A stretch of DNA of 64,000 bases, from NCBI RefSeq assembly GCF_016433145.1, contig NC_058131.1, positions 569,026,446 through 569,090,445 of the forward strand, read 5' to 3'. Positions 47,550 to 59,012 of this stretch are shown here, one piece after another. The notes beneath the pieces are model-generated. The model was not told where the DNA came from, searched no databases, and was given only the letters and a program-made list of their open reading frames with translations. The stretch comes from Gracilinanus agilis (Eukaryota). The translations under genes and the position numbers were made by a program. Within the stretch, counting starts at the first letter, position 1; each line of letters begins with the position of its first letter.

Positions 47550-48523
47550 AAAAAACATGTATTAAATGCCATGGCATCTTGCATATTCATATTATTATTT
47601 ATTTATATTATAATTAGAAATATTAATATAAATTAATTTGTTATTAATACACAAGATGCTATGCCAAGTGCTAAGAAAGACACCAGGATTTAAAAAGGCA
47701 CATTCCCTATTCTCAGGGGATTTATAATCTAATAGAAAATAAGATGTACAGAAAAAAATTTGAATATAGTAAGCCAATTATCTTATACCCTTGAGGTACC
47801 CTCATATATGATAGGTACAAGTCTTCTTCATGCATAGTAAGCAGTTTGTCTTGTATTCAGCACTGTCTTTTATACACACACATATATCCCATAGGCATTA
47901 TGGTGAATTGGAAAGAGTCTGTCTTAAAAGTAGATACCTTAAATTTGAATCCTACTTTTGTTGGTAACCTGAATAACCTTGAAAAAGTTACATAACTTCT
48001 CTGGACCTCAGTTTCCTCATTAATAAAATGAGGGAGTTTAACTATAAGATCTCTGAAGGTTCTTTTTTTAGATTGGAAAGTTATAAGTTGAATTTATTAC
48101 TTTCATGAAAATCAGTCTATACATAATAGAAATCTGCAGCTTTGTGGGCAATCTTATTTTTCCATTCCACTTTATATATGCAAATGCTAATTTTATTTGG
48201 TGTTTTCCTGGTATTATTTATTTTGTTTTACATCCCTTCATTGGCTGAAGATCCTTCAGCTCTATGGTTAAATGACCCTATAATCCACAGGTAGATCATT
48301 GGAAACTAGTCATTATCATAAAGTTTCTGAGTTAGTTTCTTGATGCCTTCCCAAACCAACTCCTTCAGGATCTAGAAAGACATTCAAAGTGAATGTCATA
48401 ATTTCTGTTCTCTCCTAACTCCATCTCCTCTTTCCTTCTTGGTGCCCCCTAACAATGATCAGACCAGCACCACGGGATTGGCCAGTGGGCTCTAGTTCTC
48501 TCTTCCCCACTCCTTCTCTCCAG

Positions 48524-48690
48524 GTCCCGGAGTGTGGTCCAGATCAATGCCAGCATCCACTTTGAGCCATCCAAGATCAACATCTTCCATAAGGACTGCA
48601 AGCGTAATGGCAAGGATGCAACCTGCATGGTTGCCTTCCTCTGCTTCCTGCCCATCTTCCTGTCCCCTCATTTCCAAACTGCAACTGTTG
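48524..48690 (+). CDS. ITGA11: Integrin alpha-11 exon 16 (167 bp), thigh domain
   Basis: ctccag|G TCC...GTT G|gtgagc; (W)SRSVVQINASIHFEPSKINIFHKDCKRNGKDATCMVAFLCFLPIFLSPHFQTATV(G). Confidence 0.95.
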
Positions 48691-48751
48691 GTGAGCATCT
48701 CTCTCTATTACATTTTTCCCTTCCTCCTCAGTCCACCTTCCCCTTCTATTT

Positions 48752-48950
48752 CTTTTCTTTTAAACCCTTACCTTCTGTCTTAGAATCAATAGTACGTGTT
48801 GGTTCTAATGCAGAACAACAAGGGGTAGGAACTTGGGATTAAGTGACTTGCCCAGGGTCACACAGCTAGGAAGTGTCTGAGGTCAAATTTGAAACCAGAA
48901 CCTCCCATCTCTGGGACTAGCTCTCTATCTACTGAGCCACCTAGCTACCC
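48752..48950 (-). mobile_element. SINE1-type SINE
   Basis: taaacccttaccttctgtcttagaatc...ttaagtgacttgcccagggtcacacagctagg...gagccacctagctaccc. Confidence 0.85.
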
Positions 48951-49319
48951 TCTCCTCTTCTATATTTATTGAAAAGCTATATTATATTCTGTTTAAATGT
49001 GTTATTAAAGTTACACCCTCCCACAGACTGCTGTTGGGGTTTTCCCCCTAATTTCAAGACTTTTCAGAAACCAATGATTTTTTGCACATGCTAGGAAAAG
49101 AAGTCAGGAATTACCAGCCACAATTGGGAAAGTAATGAACTGACAGCTAAAGATTCCATTGGGCACAGACAGCAGGTCAGGTCAGGTCAGGATAAGAAGA
49201 TGGAGAATCAAGGAAGGCCAGACTAAAATCGGTAGCTCCCTATGGCTTAGGAAACAGGAAAAGGTCTGTCAGGTCTCTGTGGTCAAGATGAACAGAGTTC
49301 CTGAATCCAGGAAGTCAAG

Positions 49320-49610
49320 CAGATGAAGATAGTGGTAATAATAATAATAATAACTAACATTTATAACTTACCTTCTATGTGCTAGGCATTTTACTAAATG
49401 CTTTACAATTGTTATCTCCTTTGATCCTCACAACATACCAGGAAGGTAAGAATTATTATTATCCCCACTTTATAGATGAGGAAACTAAGGCAAATGACAG
49501 TCAAGTGACTTGCCCAGAATTGCACAACTAATAAGTGTCTGAAGTTGAATATGAACTTCTTGATTCCAAGCCCAACGTTCTATCCACTGCACTACCTACC
49601 TGTCAGAAAA
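49320..49610 (-). mobile_element. MIR/Mar-type SINE
   Basis: ttgatcctcacaaca...attatccccactttatagatgaggaaactaagg. Confidence 0.7.
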
Positions 49611-49835
49611 TATAAATTAATGAGATTCTGTAGTAGTGCTCCTTTGACTAGACTCATCTACTTGAATTCAATGCCTGAAATGAGAAGAGAAATGGCATTT
49701 GATGTAAATGGAAGCTGCTTTTTGCAAAGGTTTTAGGGCTCAAACCTGCCTAGGGATCCCAGGCTCTCAGAGAAGCTCTGTACAAGTCAACAAAGACCAA
49801 GCAGTGATTAAAAACAGTTAAAAGTTAGTGAATGA

Positions 49836-50035
49836 GGGAGCAGTGAGGTGGATACAGAGCCAGGCCTGGAAAGGAGAGGCCTTGGATTCAAATCTGGTCT
49901 CAGACATGGCCTAGCTGTGTGTCCCTGGGAAAGTCACTTAACCCTCACTGCCTAGCCCTAACTGCTCTTCTGCCTTAGAATCAATACATAGTGTTGATTT
50001 TAAGACAGAAGGTAAAGGTTATTTTTTTTAAAAAA
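49836..50035 (+). mobile_element. SINE1-type SINE
   Basis: Core and tail; imperfect TSD aaagttagtgaa / aaaactagtgaa. Confidence 0.8.
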
Positions 50036-50339
50036 CTAGTGAAAGAGACCCTATTTATCCCTAGGTGTTTATGTCTTTTTAAATTTTCATCTAAATTTTG
50101 CAGTAACTTTTTAAATATAGTAACTAGTGAACAGTAATTGTTGATGCATTGATATTCTAATGAAATCTCAATAGGAAAAACATAATTGAGAAAGACATTC
50201 TGCAGTCTTTGGTTCAGTTAAATGTTAAAGCCATGAGGCCAGATCCTGGACTCTCTGGGGTTAGCCTTCCTAAACTGGAACTATGATGCATTAATTAATT
50301 GCCTAATTAATTAATACCAGGTTCTACAGGGCTACCATG

Positions 50340-50510
50340 GCAGTCTTCTTCCTTACAATCTTCTTCCTTTTCATTCCTTCCTATCTCCTCTTCCCTCTCT
50401 TTCCTTCTTTCTTTCCAGTTCTCCTCTCCACTTCTTCTTCTTGCTTCTTTCCCAATTCTTCCATGCCTTCCTTTTTCCTTTATTCCATCTTCATTCCCTT
50501 CCCACCTTTA
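50340..50510 (+). repeat. Polypyrimidine low-complexity tract
   Basis: About 170 bp of nearly pure C/T (ttc/tcc units). Confidence 0.85.
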
Positions 50511-50692
50511 TGAGTGCTCCCCATTCAGACTAGGGTGAAAGGAAAATGTCAGTTCTTCTCCAGTCAATCCGAAAAGGCTTCACTGAGAAAGTGGGATTTT
50601 TCGGGAGCTGTTGAAATGATGAGAAACGATCCACTTGGCACCAGAATGTGGTTCTGCCTTCTCAATACTCTGTGCATGCCCACTTTCTCCAG

Positions 50693-50835
50693 GCATCCAG
50701 TACAATGCCACTATTGATGAGCGGCGATACACACCACGAGCCCACCTGGACGAGAATGCAGACAAATACACACACAGGGCAGTTCTGCTCTCTGCTGGCC
50801 AAGAGTACTGTGACCGCATCAACTTTCACATTCTG
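50693..50835 (+). CDS. ITGA11: Integrin alpha-11 exon 17 (143 bp)
   Basis: ctccag|GC...CTG|gtaagt; (G)IQYNATIDERRYTPRAHLDENADKYTHRAVLLSAGQEYCDRINFHIL. Confidence 0.95.
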
Positions 50836-51190
50836 GTAAGTGGGACTCTCGGACCTGGACCAGTTTGTTCCAAGGTAACTACTATGACTAATGTGAGGTA
50901 TGTGACTCCAGTCTGGCTCCAACCTATTTTTCCAATCTTATCTTCCTCTTCACACCCAAGCTAGACAAGCAGATGCTCCTTGTTCAACTTTGCATTCCAT
51001 TATCTCCCATATCTGTGGCTTCTCATAGGATTTCTATGCCTCAAATGCACTCCCTCCCCATCTCTGCCTCTCTTTCCTTAAGACTTCACTTGGGTGCTAT
51101 TTTCTCTCTAGATTCTTCCTCGGAGCCTCCTTATTGTTAGTGTTCTCTCCCTCTCCAAATTACCTTGTATTTACTTGCCTGTGCAAGTTA

Positions 51191-51360
51191 TACAGGGTGT
51201 TCCAAAAAGTTTTACTGACAGAAAATAAATTTATTGAAAAAGACACTATAGTTATTTAAGACTGTGAAACTACATCCTGGCTAATGTCTCGCAATTTATT
51301 TTCTCAAAATAGTTAAGTTTTAATTGCTAATAACTTAAAACTGCATGAAGATTTTTGGGA
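51191..51360. mobile_element. Tc1/mariner-type MITE remnant
   Basis: TA followed by TIR-like CAGGGTGTTCCAAAAAG; opposite end cttaaaactgcatgaagatttttggga is cut by the next SINE. Confidence 0.55.
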
Positions 51361-51525
51361 GGGGAAGCTAGGTAGCACAATGGAAAAAGCACCAGATCTA
51401 CAATCTGGAAGACCTGGGTTCAAATTTGACCTCAGATACTTCCTAGCTGTGTGACCCTGGATAAGTCACTTAAACACTACCTCCCCCTACCTAGTCCTTA
51501 CCATTCTTCTGCTTTGGAACCCAGT
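51361..51525 (+). mobile_element. SINE1-related SINE
   Basis: ggggaagctaggtagcacaatgg head, gggttcaaat B box, core. Confidence 0.75.
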
Positions 51526-51847
51526 AGAGCCTCTCTGGCCATCGTGTTCATTCTCGCCACATTCCTTCACATCAAGACCCAACTCCCTCCTCTCTGTAAA
51601 TACACCAACTTTGGGACTTCCAACCTCACAGGTCTGCCTTTATTAGCAACGTGATTCCATAACCTTGTTCATCCGTCTCTGTCTCTGTATGTGTATCAGT
51701 CTGCATATTTCTCTGTCTCTGTCTCTTCTCCTCCCTCTTCCTTCTCAGTCCTCTCCCCTCTAGTCCCCTTTCAAAGTAATCAGTGACCCAAGATGTTCTT
51801 TACCCTGACCCTTACACCAGCCATCCTGACCTCTGGCTCCTCCACAG

Positions 51848-51958
51848 GACACGGCAGACTATATAAAGCCAGTGACATTCTCAGTTGAGTTTGCCTTGGA
51901 CGATCCTGACCATGGGCCCATTCTGGACGATGGCTGGCCTACCACATTCAGAGTCTCG
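51848..51958 (+). CDS. ITGA11: Integrin alpha-11 exon 18 (111 bp)
   Basis: ccacag|GAC...TCG|gtaagt; DTADYIKPVTFSVEFALDDPDHGPILDDGWPTTFRVS. Confidence 0.95.
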
Positions 51959-52920
51959 GTAAGTCCCAGCCAGGGGATGGGGGACTACTAGGACGGCTAC
52001 TGTGCCTTCTCTGCCCATTCAGCAACGTTGGTACCAGAGAACTGGCAGTACAGAGAAATAATTCACCAAGGGCCACTCCATCATCCTCTTCCCTCCCAGA
52101 AAACTTCCCCAAACAATGTCCTCTTTCCTTCTTCCTTCCTCAGACCTACTCCGACTGTCTTGTAACCTACCTGCAAGCTGTTCTGGCAGGCAGGTTCTCG
52201 TAAGTTCCTTAAGACAAAGGACCAGGTCTTCTTCAGCATCGGCCACAGTATCTAACACAGGGCTGGGCGCACCATGGCGCCTCAGTCAACATATAGAATG
52301 TTCCTATCCTTGGAGATCATGTCGTACAACCACTTCATTCTACAAATTAGGGAACTAAGACCCAGAGAACATGGGATTGGCCCAAGTTTAGACACAGAAT
52401 TAGAAGCCAAGCTCAGGCCACCTGCTTATCAGCTGATGAAATCCCTGAGACTTCAGCCCACCTTTGTTTTCCGAAGCTTGTACAAAGGTCATACACCTTT
52501 ATTAATGTTCCCTAGAATCCTTTTCTCCCATTCTCTGACTCAGTATACTTGTGTCCCTTTTACTCAGCTAGCTCAGATACCCTCCCAGAGAGAACAGACG
52601 TGAAACAGTGTCTGCCAGTGCCAATCCACAGTGACCAGTCCATCTTGGACAATTTTTGAGCCTTTATTGTACCTGGTTCCCTCTACTACAGACAGGCAGC
52701 CAACAAGCAATAATGAAGTGCTTACATTCTTTGTGCTTGACTCTAGTCTAAGCACTAGGGATATAAATACAAGAAAAAAAAAAGACATTTCTTATCCTCA
52801 AGGAGCTTACATTCAAATGGGACAAACCAGGATATGGAATTTTGGACACAAAATATAAAAGGAGATAAAGAATAACAGTATAGTGGTGAAGTCCAGGAAA
52901 GTCAGAAGCATAGTCTAGCC

Positions 52921-53127
52921 CAGGGGTCAGCAACCTTTTTGGCCGTAAGAGCCATAAACGCCACATTTTTTTAAAATGTAATTTCGTGAGAGTCGTACAG
53001 TGCTCACAGTGCGCTCCTGTAACAGCACCTGAAAAAAAAATGGACTTTATGGCTCCTGCAGAAAGAGCCACATCTGGCCCTCAAAAGAGCCAGATATGGC
53101 TCGAGAGCCATACGTTGCCTACCCCTG
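52921..53127. mobile_element. 207-bp hAT (Charlie-group) MITE, low apparent divergence
   Basis: TIRs CAGGGGTCAGCAACCT / ACGTTGCCTACCCCTG (13/16 match); CTAG-centred 8-bp flanks gtctagcc / acctagag; 7 CpGs retained. Confidence 0.8.
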
Positions 53128-53274
53128 ACCTAGAGGGTAATGAAGAAGCCATCATGGCAAACGGAAGTTCCAGGAGGAGAAGGCACCTGAGTTAGGTGGT
53201 GAATTACAGAAGAGTCAAAAGCCTAGCCAGGAGAGAAATGAAATAAGGCTAATTGGATCTAGCCCCAAAATGGA

Positions 53275-53503
53275 GTCCCAGAATAATGATGTGTTGATAA
53301 ATGTTTAACAACCTGCTCTCCAAAGGGGGTAGAAATTGTATATTGTCCATACACTTTTAAAAATATGCATTATTCTAGAAAATCAACAAAACAATAAATC
53401 AACTCTGATTTGTAACATTCACCTATTTCCAAGAAATAAACACTCCCCGGAAATTTTTAACAATCAACTCTAGCCAGTTCAAGCTGACTCTGACATACCC
53501 CTG
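53275..53503. mobile_element. Old hAT-type MITE (related copy at 59735-59950)
   Basis: gataaatgtttaacaacc...aaatttttaacaatcaactc...gacatacccctg. Confidence 0.55.
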
Positions 53504-54097
53504 CCCAGGATAAGCAGATGCCTAAGTGTTCAGGGACATTCCAGAGTGAGGAGGTAACTGAGGCATGGTGGTGCAGGAGTCAGATATACTGCAGGGATGG
53601 AAATGAAGGCCAGGGAGCTTGAATGCAATTCCTGGCAAAATTCTATATCCTGATTTGGGGAAGGTAGCTAAGAAGAGAGGCGGAGGCCTGGAACCAGGCA
53701 AGACAAGGGCAAACATTCACCTATTGGAAGCCAGTGAGGGTGGATTGGTAAAAGTTGAGAAGATAGAATTTTTCACAAAGGAAAAGAAGCAGAATCCATC
53801 TGCCAAGCAGCATTTTGGCTTTAGATGACCCATGCAGCAACACCTAATTAACTGAATTATAAATCATTACACATCAATTTTCCAGGTAACTGAAAATGTA
53901 TCTCTTTATATATCAAGTATAGATGGAAATTTTTCTAAAATATATCATACACTATATATATATATATGCATATATATTATATGCTTTTTCTCTTTTCAAA
54001 ATTGTATTTATATTTTTTTATATACAAACACAGCCCTTCATTTACTTCTACCAAGTCATCTCTTGTAACAAAGAATTTTTTTTAAAAGGCAGTTCAT

Positions 54098-54260
54098 GGG
54101 GCACAGTGGGTAGAGTGCCAGGCCTGGAGACAGGAGATCCTGGGTTCAAATATGACTTCCTCTGTGACCCTGGGCAAGTCACTTAACCCTGTTTGCCTAA
54201 CCCTTGCCCTTCTATCTTAGAGTTGTTACCGAGACAGAAAGTAAAGTTTAAAAAAAAAAA
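54098..54260 (+). mobile_element. SINE1-related SINE inserted in an old L1 fragment
   Basis: TSD cagttcat on both sides. Confidence 0.8.
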
Positions 54261-54864
54261 ACAGTTCATCAAAACTAGGTCACATATTAACCAAGTATAA
54301 CAGTATATACAGTTTTTGACACCCATATCCCTCAACCTCCACAAAAAAGAAAGGAATGGGGCAGCTCAGTAGCTCAGTGGATAGAGAGCTAGGTCTGGAG
54401 TTGGGAGAGTTTAAAGAGTTTAAAAAAAAACAACTCGGGGTCATCATTATGAACATCTGTATCTTCAGTGGCCACAAAGGCATGTTGGACTGTTTGGATG
54501 GTTCCAGACAGCTGTAGTTTGTGTCATGTTTTTAATAGTTATTTTGTCTCCCCCACCATGCTATCAGATAAAAATTAGCATTTCTGTTACTTTGCCTACA
54601 CTCTAGCACTTTCCCCATCCCCTTCTGAGATGCTGCTGCCTCTACTTTATCATGCACAAGGCAGATTCCCAGGCCTGGTTATAGTTTTGAGTAAATTAAG
54701 AGTACAAGGCTTGAAGGAAGGCCTGAGAAGCTATTTCAGGAGTGATCTATACAGATATCATGGGAGTGCCCCCACCACCACCTCCAAAGTCCAGTGCATG
54801 AACTTTGTCATATCTCTTAGGCCTCTTAGGGTTTTTATTCTCAGCTATGTTCCAGAGAGTTATA

Positions 54865-55112
54865 CAGTTTAGTCATTTCAGTTGTGTCTGATGAGTTTCA
54901 TGACTCCATTTAGGGTTTTCTTGGCAGAGATACTGGAGTGGTTTGATATTCCCTTCTCAAGCTCATTTTTTACAGATGAGGAAACTGAGGCAAACAGGAT
55001 TAAGTGTCTTGCCCAGGGTCACACAGCTAGGAAGTATCTGAGGCCAGATTTGAACCCAGGGCCTTCCATCTCCTTCCCTGGTTCCTATCCACTGAGTCAC
55101 CTAGCTGTCCCC
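54865..55112 (-). mobile_element. Mar1-type SINE
   Basis: gtcatttcagttgtgtctga...gggttttcttggcagagatactggagtgg...gagtcacctagctgtccc. Confidence 0.8.
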
Positions 55113-55614
55113 AAATGATTACTTTATTATTGAGTGATTATTATAAATGATTACTTAGAGGGAATGATCACTTTATTATTATGGTAGTTGTTGTTGCTGT
55201 TATTTTTGTTATTTTAATACCACTTAAGTACAAAGTAGAGTGAACTGAGCCATACGATTCACAGTTTAGATTTCTTAAAGAAGTTAAGGTTTGAACCATG
55301 TTTTTGAAGGAGATAGGATAGCTCCTTCAAGCAAAGGCCTGGGCAAAGGCATGAAGGTAGCAAGGTAGAAGAAAAGCAAAGGGTATCTGAGAGGCAAGCA
55401 GCAGATTAACCAAAAGCATGTCAAGTAGTACTGAGAGAGGAAATTCGTTTACTTTGGGGGGGTGGGGGAGGAAAGGACTGGAATTGGTGAAGGAGCCTGA
55501 TCACCAGGTAAGGAAAACAAATGAATGGAAGTTTGAGTTGTGAGCTAGGGATGTTAAAGAAGTGGGGCTGCCCCACTGTTCTCCTATCCACAACATTCTT
55601 TCCCTCTGATTCAG

Positions 55615-55700
55615 GTACCCTTCTGGAATGGGTGCAACGAGGATGAACACTGTGTGCCTGACTTGGTCCTAGATGCCCAGAGTGACATTCCCACTGCCAT
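55615..55700 (+). CDS. ITGA11: Integrin alpha-11 exon 19 (86 bp), genu region
   Basis: attcag|GTA...GCC AT|gtgagt; VPFWNGCNEDEHCVPDLVLDAQSDIPTA(M). Confidence 0.95.
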
Positions 55701-56781
55701 GTGAGTAGCTCACCAGAGCAGGGTTTCCTCCTGCTTCTCTCACAATTTCTGCCAGCAGCTTATAGTAGCTGACTCTTCTTCCTAGTAGGTAGAGCTTTGT
55801 GTCCCCCCTCTTCCTCATCTTCCTCCTCCATCTATTCATTCTTTTGCTCATCCATATATTTGTTTTATTCAGTGAATCATTATTGAATGTCTATATTGTG
55901 TACCCAGTCATAAGATCATAAATTTTTAGCTGGAAGGAATTTTAGACAATGAGTTCAAACCACTCATTTTAGGGATAAGGAAGCTGAGGTTCAGAAAGGA
56001 AAAGTAACTTGACCAGTCACATAGCTGGTAAGCATCTGAGATTGGTTGCATAGAAAAAGTCATATCTAACTACAGAGCTGAAACAGTTTTTTTTCCATAT
56101 TGGCAATGGAGGCTGCTGGGAAGTAAATGGTCAGATGGAAGGATGGTTGACTGTGGGAGCTATCACAGAGGAGGACTCCATGTCCAGGTGTGGGTCTCAC
56201 CTCTATAGTCCTTCAGTCTCTCCTTCCAAATGGAAAAAACTCCACTTCCCAGAAGCTTTTATGCCCTATGGGATTACCGGTAAATAATAATAAAAGGTAG
56301 TATTTATGTCCGGTGTTATGGTATGGACACTAAATGCTCTAGGCACTCAGAGAAAGGAGAAATCACTGAAAGCTGAAGTGACTAAAGAGGGCTTCCTAAA
56401 GGAGGTGGCCATGGGCTGGACCTTGAAGCAAGGGGCCTCTCTCTTCTTTCTCTGCTACTTCTTCCTTCCCTCTTCTCTTCCCTTAACAACCAAGGAATTA
56501 TTCTCACCCACTGGCTCATGGCAGGGTGGTAAGAATGGAATATCCCCAACAGAGCTATGGCCCTCCTCCCACGATGATGACTAAGAGGGAGGAAAGGCGC
56601 ATGTACCTTTGCACTAGGCAGATTTATTAACTCCAAGTCACCTAGGGAGAGTCCCTCACAACCCTCCACCATTACTAGTCCCTTCAGTCTCCCTCCCCCA
56701 TTACCCCCTGAGCTATCATGCCCTGCACTCACTCACACTTCCTCCTGGACCCAGCACCCTGATGCTCTGATTTTCTTGCAG

Positions 56782-56989
56782 GGAGTACTGCATGAGAGTC
56801 CTGAGAAAGACCCAGCCAGAGTGCTCTGCCTACACCCTGTCCTTTGATACATCCATTTTCATCATAGAGAGCACACGGCGACGTGTGGCAATAGAGGCCA
56901 CCCTGGAGAACAGGGGAGAGAATGCTTATAGCACAGTTCTAAACATTTCATACTCAAGAAACTTGCAGTTTGCAAGCTTGATTCAGAAG
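56782..56989 (+). CDS. ITGA11: Integrin alpha-11 exon 20 (208 bp), calf-1
   Basis: ttgcag|G GAG...AAG|gtaaga; (M)EYCMRVLRKTQPECSAYTLSFDTSIFIIESTRRRVAIEATLENRGENAYSTVLNISYSRNLQFASLIQK. Confidence 0.95.
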
Positions 56990-57811
56990 GTAAGACCTTG
57001 ACTTGTTGCTAAAGCCTAGGGGATCCCCTGGGGAAAGATTCAGGACTTGCAGGGCCCTACCCTCATCCCTAGGTTTATAAGAACATAATAATGATAATAT
57101 CTATGTAGTGCTTAAGGATTACGAAGCACTTTATATATAATCTCATTTTGTGATATATTATCATATATATATATATCAGGCTACATATCTATGGAATAAA
57201 CCGTTCTGCAACTGTCCTCAAGTAAGAAGGCCTTCCTAGATTGTTCAAATACTGTTACACCATCTACATCCATCCTGGGTACCTGTGTAAGGCAGAAAGC
57301 AAATAAGGTAGAAGCACCAAGAAGGTTGGCCCCCTCCCAGCAGCCTGGGAGTCAGACATTCCTTGGAAGGGATGCTGCAAGGGTCATGGGGCCCTGTGAG
57401 AAGAGTGCTAGACTGAGAATCAGTCTGCATTTGAATCCCAGTGTTTCTACTTACTACCTGAGTGAATATAGGCAAGGGGCTTAGCCTTTCTGGGTCTCAG
57501 TTTCCTAATCTGTAAAATAAAGGGATTAGATTAGAAGACTTTTAAGGTTGGTCACTTCCAATTCAGAGTCTGTGGAACATTCAGGAAAAGGGCACATGAT
57601 TCCTGTCTTAGCAAACAAGAACTGGGCAGCGCAGCAATAAATGGCATGCATTATGTTAGGCAACACCTTAATTTTTGTGGCACAACTTCAACATTAGTCT
57701 ATATTATACATGTTTATGCATATATTTCCACACATGCCAATGAACCTATAGCTTTTTTTTCTCAGATCCTCTTTTGATTGCCTGATAACAATGAGTTGTT
57801 GGTTTTTGTTT

Positions 57812-58010
57812 TTTTTTAATTCTTACCTGCTGTCTTTGAATCCATCCTAAATATCAGTTCCAAGACAGAAGAGTGGTAAGGGCTAGGCAGTTGAGGTTAA
57901 GTGACTTACCCAGGGTCACACAGCTAGGAAGTGTGTAAGGCCATATTTGAACGCAGGACCTCCAGATTCCAAGCCTGGCATTCTATCCACTGAACCATCT
58001 AGTTGCCTCT
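57812..58010 (-). mobile_element. SINE1-type SINE
   Basis: gacagaagagtggtaagggctaggc...aagtgacttacccagggtcacacagctagg. Confidence 0.85.
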
Positions 58011-58084
58011 GCCAATGATTTCTAATCTAGCTTTAGCATTTCTGACATCCCAGTTCCAGCTGTCCCTCTAGCTTGGCTCTATCT

Positions 58085-59000
58085 TCTACAACTCTAAGGA
58101 TGTTTTGTTTTTTTTAAATAATAGTTTGTTATTTTATTTTTCAAGTAACAAATTTTGTTTATTAATATGTCCTTCCTCCTACCCCTCTTCCTCCTTGAAC
58201 CAAAGAAAAAAAATTAAACCTGAAAAACAAATCCCTCAATATGTATCTACAAAGTCTGTCAAAACAAATTCCCATTTTAACCACATCCAAGTCTATATGC
58301 CCCTTTCTACATTTTAAGCTCATGAGGTGAGAGGTATACTTCATTGTCATTCTTTTTGACTAATGGCTTGTCCTTGTACATTAATCAGAATTCTGAAGTC
58401 TTTCCAAGTTGATTTCTCAATAATGTTGTTATCATTGTATAAACTGCTCTAATTCTACTCACTTCACACTGCATCAGGTGATTCAGTGTCTTCTCAGCTT
58501 CTTCTACAACTGTCCATTTCACCATTTCTTGAGGCCCAATAATATCCCATTCTATTACTATACCACAATCTCTTCTGCTATTTTCTAAAACTGATATCCC
58601 CTTTAGTTTCCTTTTTTGGGGGGTGGCTAACACAAGAAGAGCTGCTATAAATACTTTTGTGTGAAAAGAACAGATCCTTTCCCTCTTTATCTGATTTCTT
58701 TGAAATATAGTTGAGTCAGAGAGGAAGCACAAGTTAGTCACTTTGTGGGCATAATTCCAAACTGCTTTCCAGAGTAGCAGGCCTGGGGTGGGAGCAGCTG
58801 GGCGGCTCAGAGGATTAAGAGCCAGGCCTAGAGATGGGAGGTATTGATTCTAAGATGGAAGGTAAGGGTTTAAAAAAAAACAAACAATAGCTGGACTGAT
58901 TCACAGCCCCACTAACAGTGTACTAATATACCTGTTTTCCCACAGTCCCTCAATCAGTTATCATTTCTGTCAGTCTAATAAATGTGAGGTAGAATCTCAA
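58085..59000 (-). mobile_element. L1 fragment (ORF2 C-terminus remnant plus 3' UTR), interrupted by a mini-SINE
   Basis: ORF 58385-58741(-) reads TKVFIAALLVLA...LNHLMQCEVSRIRAVYT, resembling the marsupial L1 ORF2 end as recalled (TKIFIAALFVVA...LHELMQSEVSRTRRTLYT). Confidence 0.75.
58793..58880 (+). mobile_element. Mini-SINE1 lacking B box and CORE
   Basis: Head ...gagatgggaggt joined to attgattctaagatggaaggtaagggtttaaaaaaaaa. Confidence 0.8.
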
Positions 59001-59012
59001 AAATGCATTTCA

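Noticed and set aside
50290-50315. AT palindrome attaattaattgcctaattaattaat
   Set aside because: Low-complexity (TTAA)n; self-complementarity is trivial and there is no other support.
39233-50964. Track ORFs at 39233, 42361, 44691, 48534 and 50635 as separate genes
   Set aside because: Each is an ITGA11 exon with short intronic read-through on either side.
56865-56890. STRRR in exon 20 as a furin cleavage site
   Set aside because: No Arg at P4 (does not fit R-X-K/R-R), and I-domain collagen-binding alpha chains are not known to be cleaved.
58385-58741. 118-aa minus-strand ORF as a novel gene
   Set aside because: It is a decayed L1 ORF2 C-terminus.
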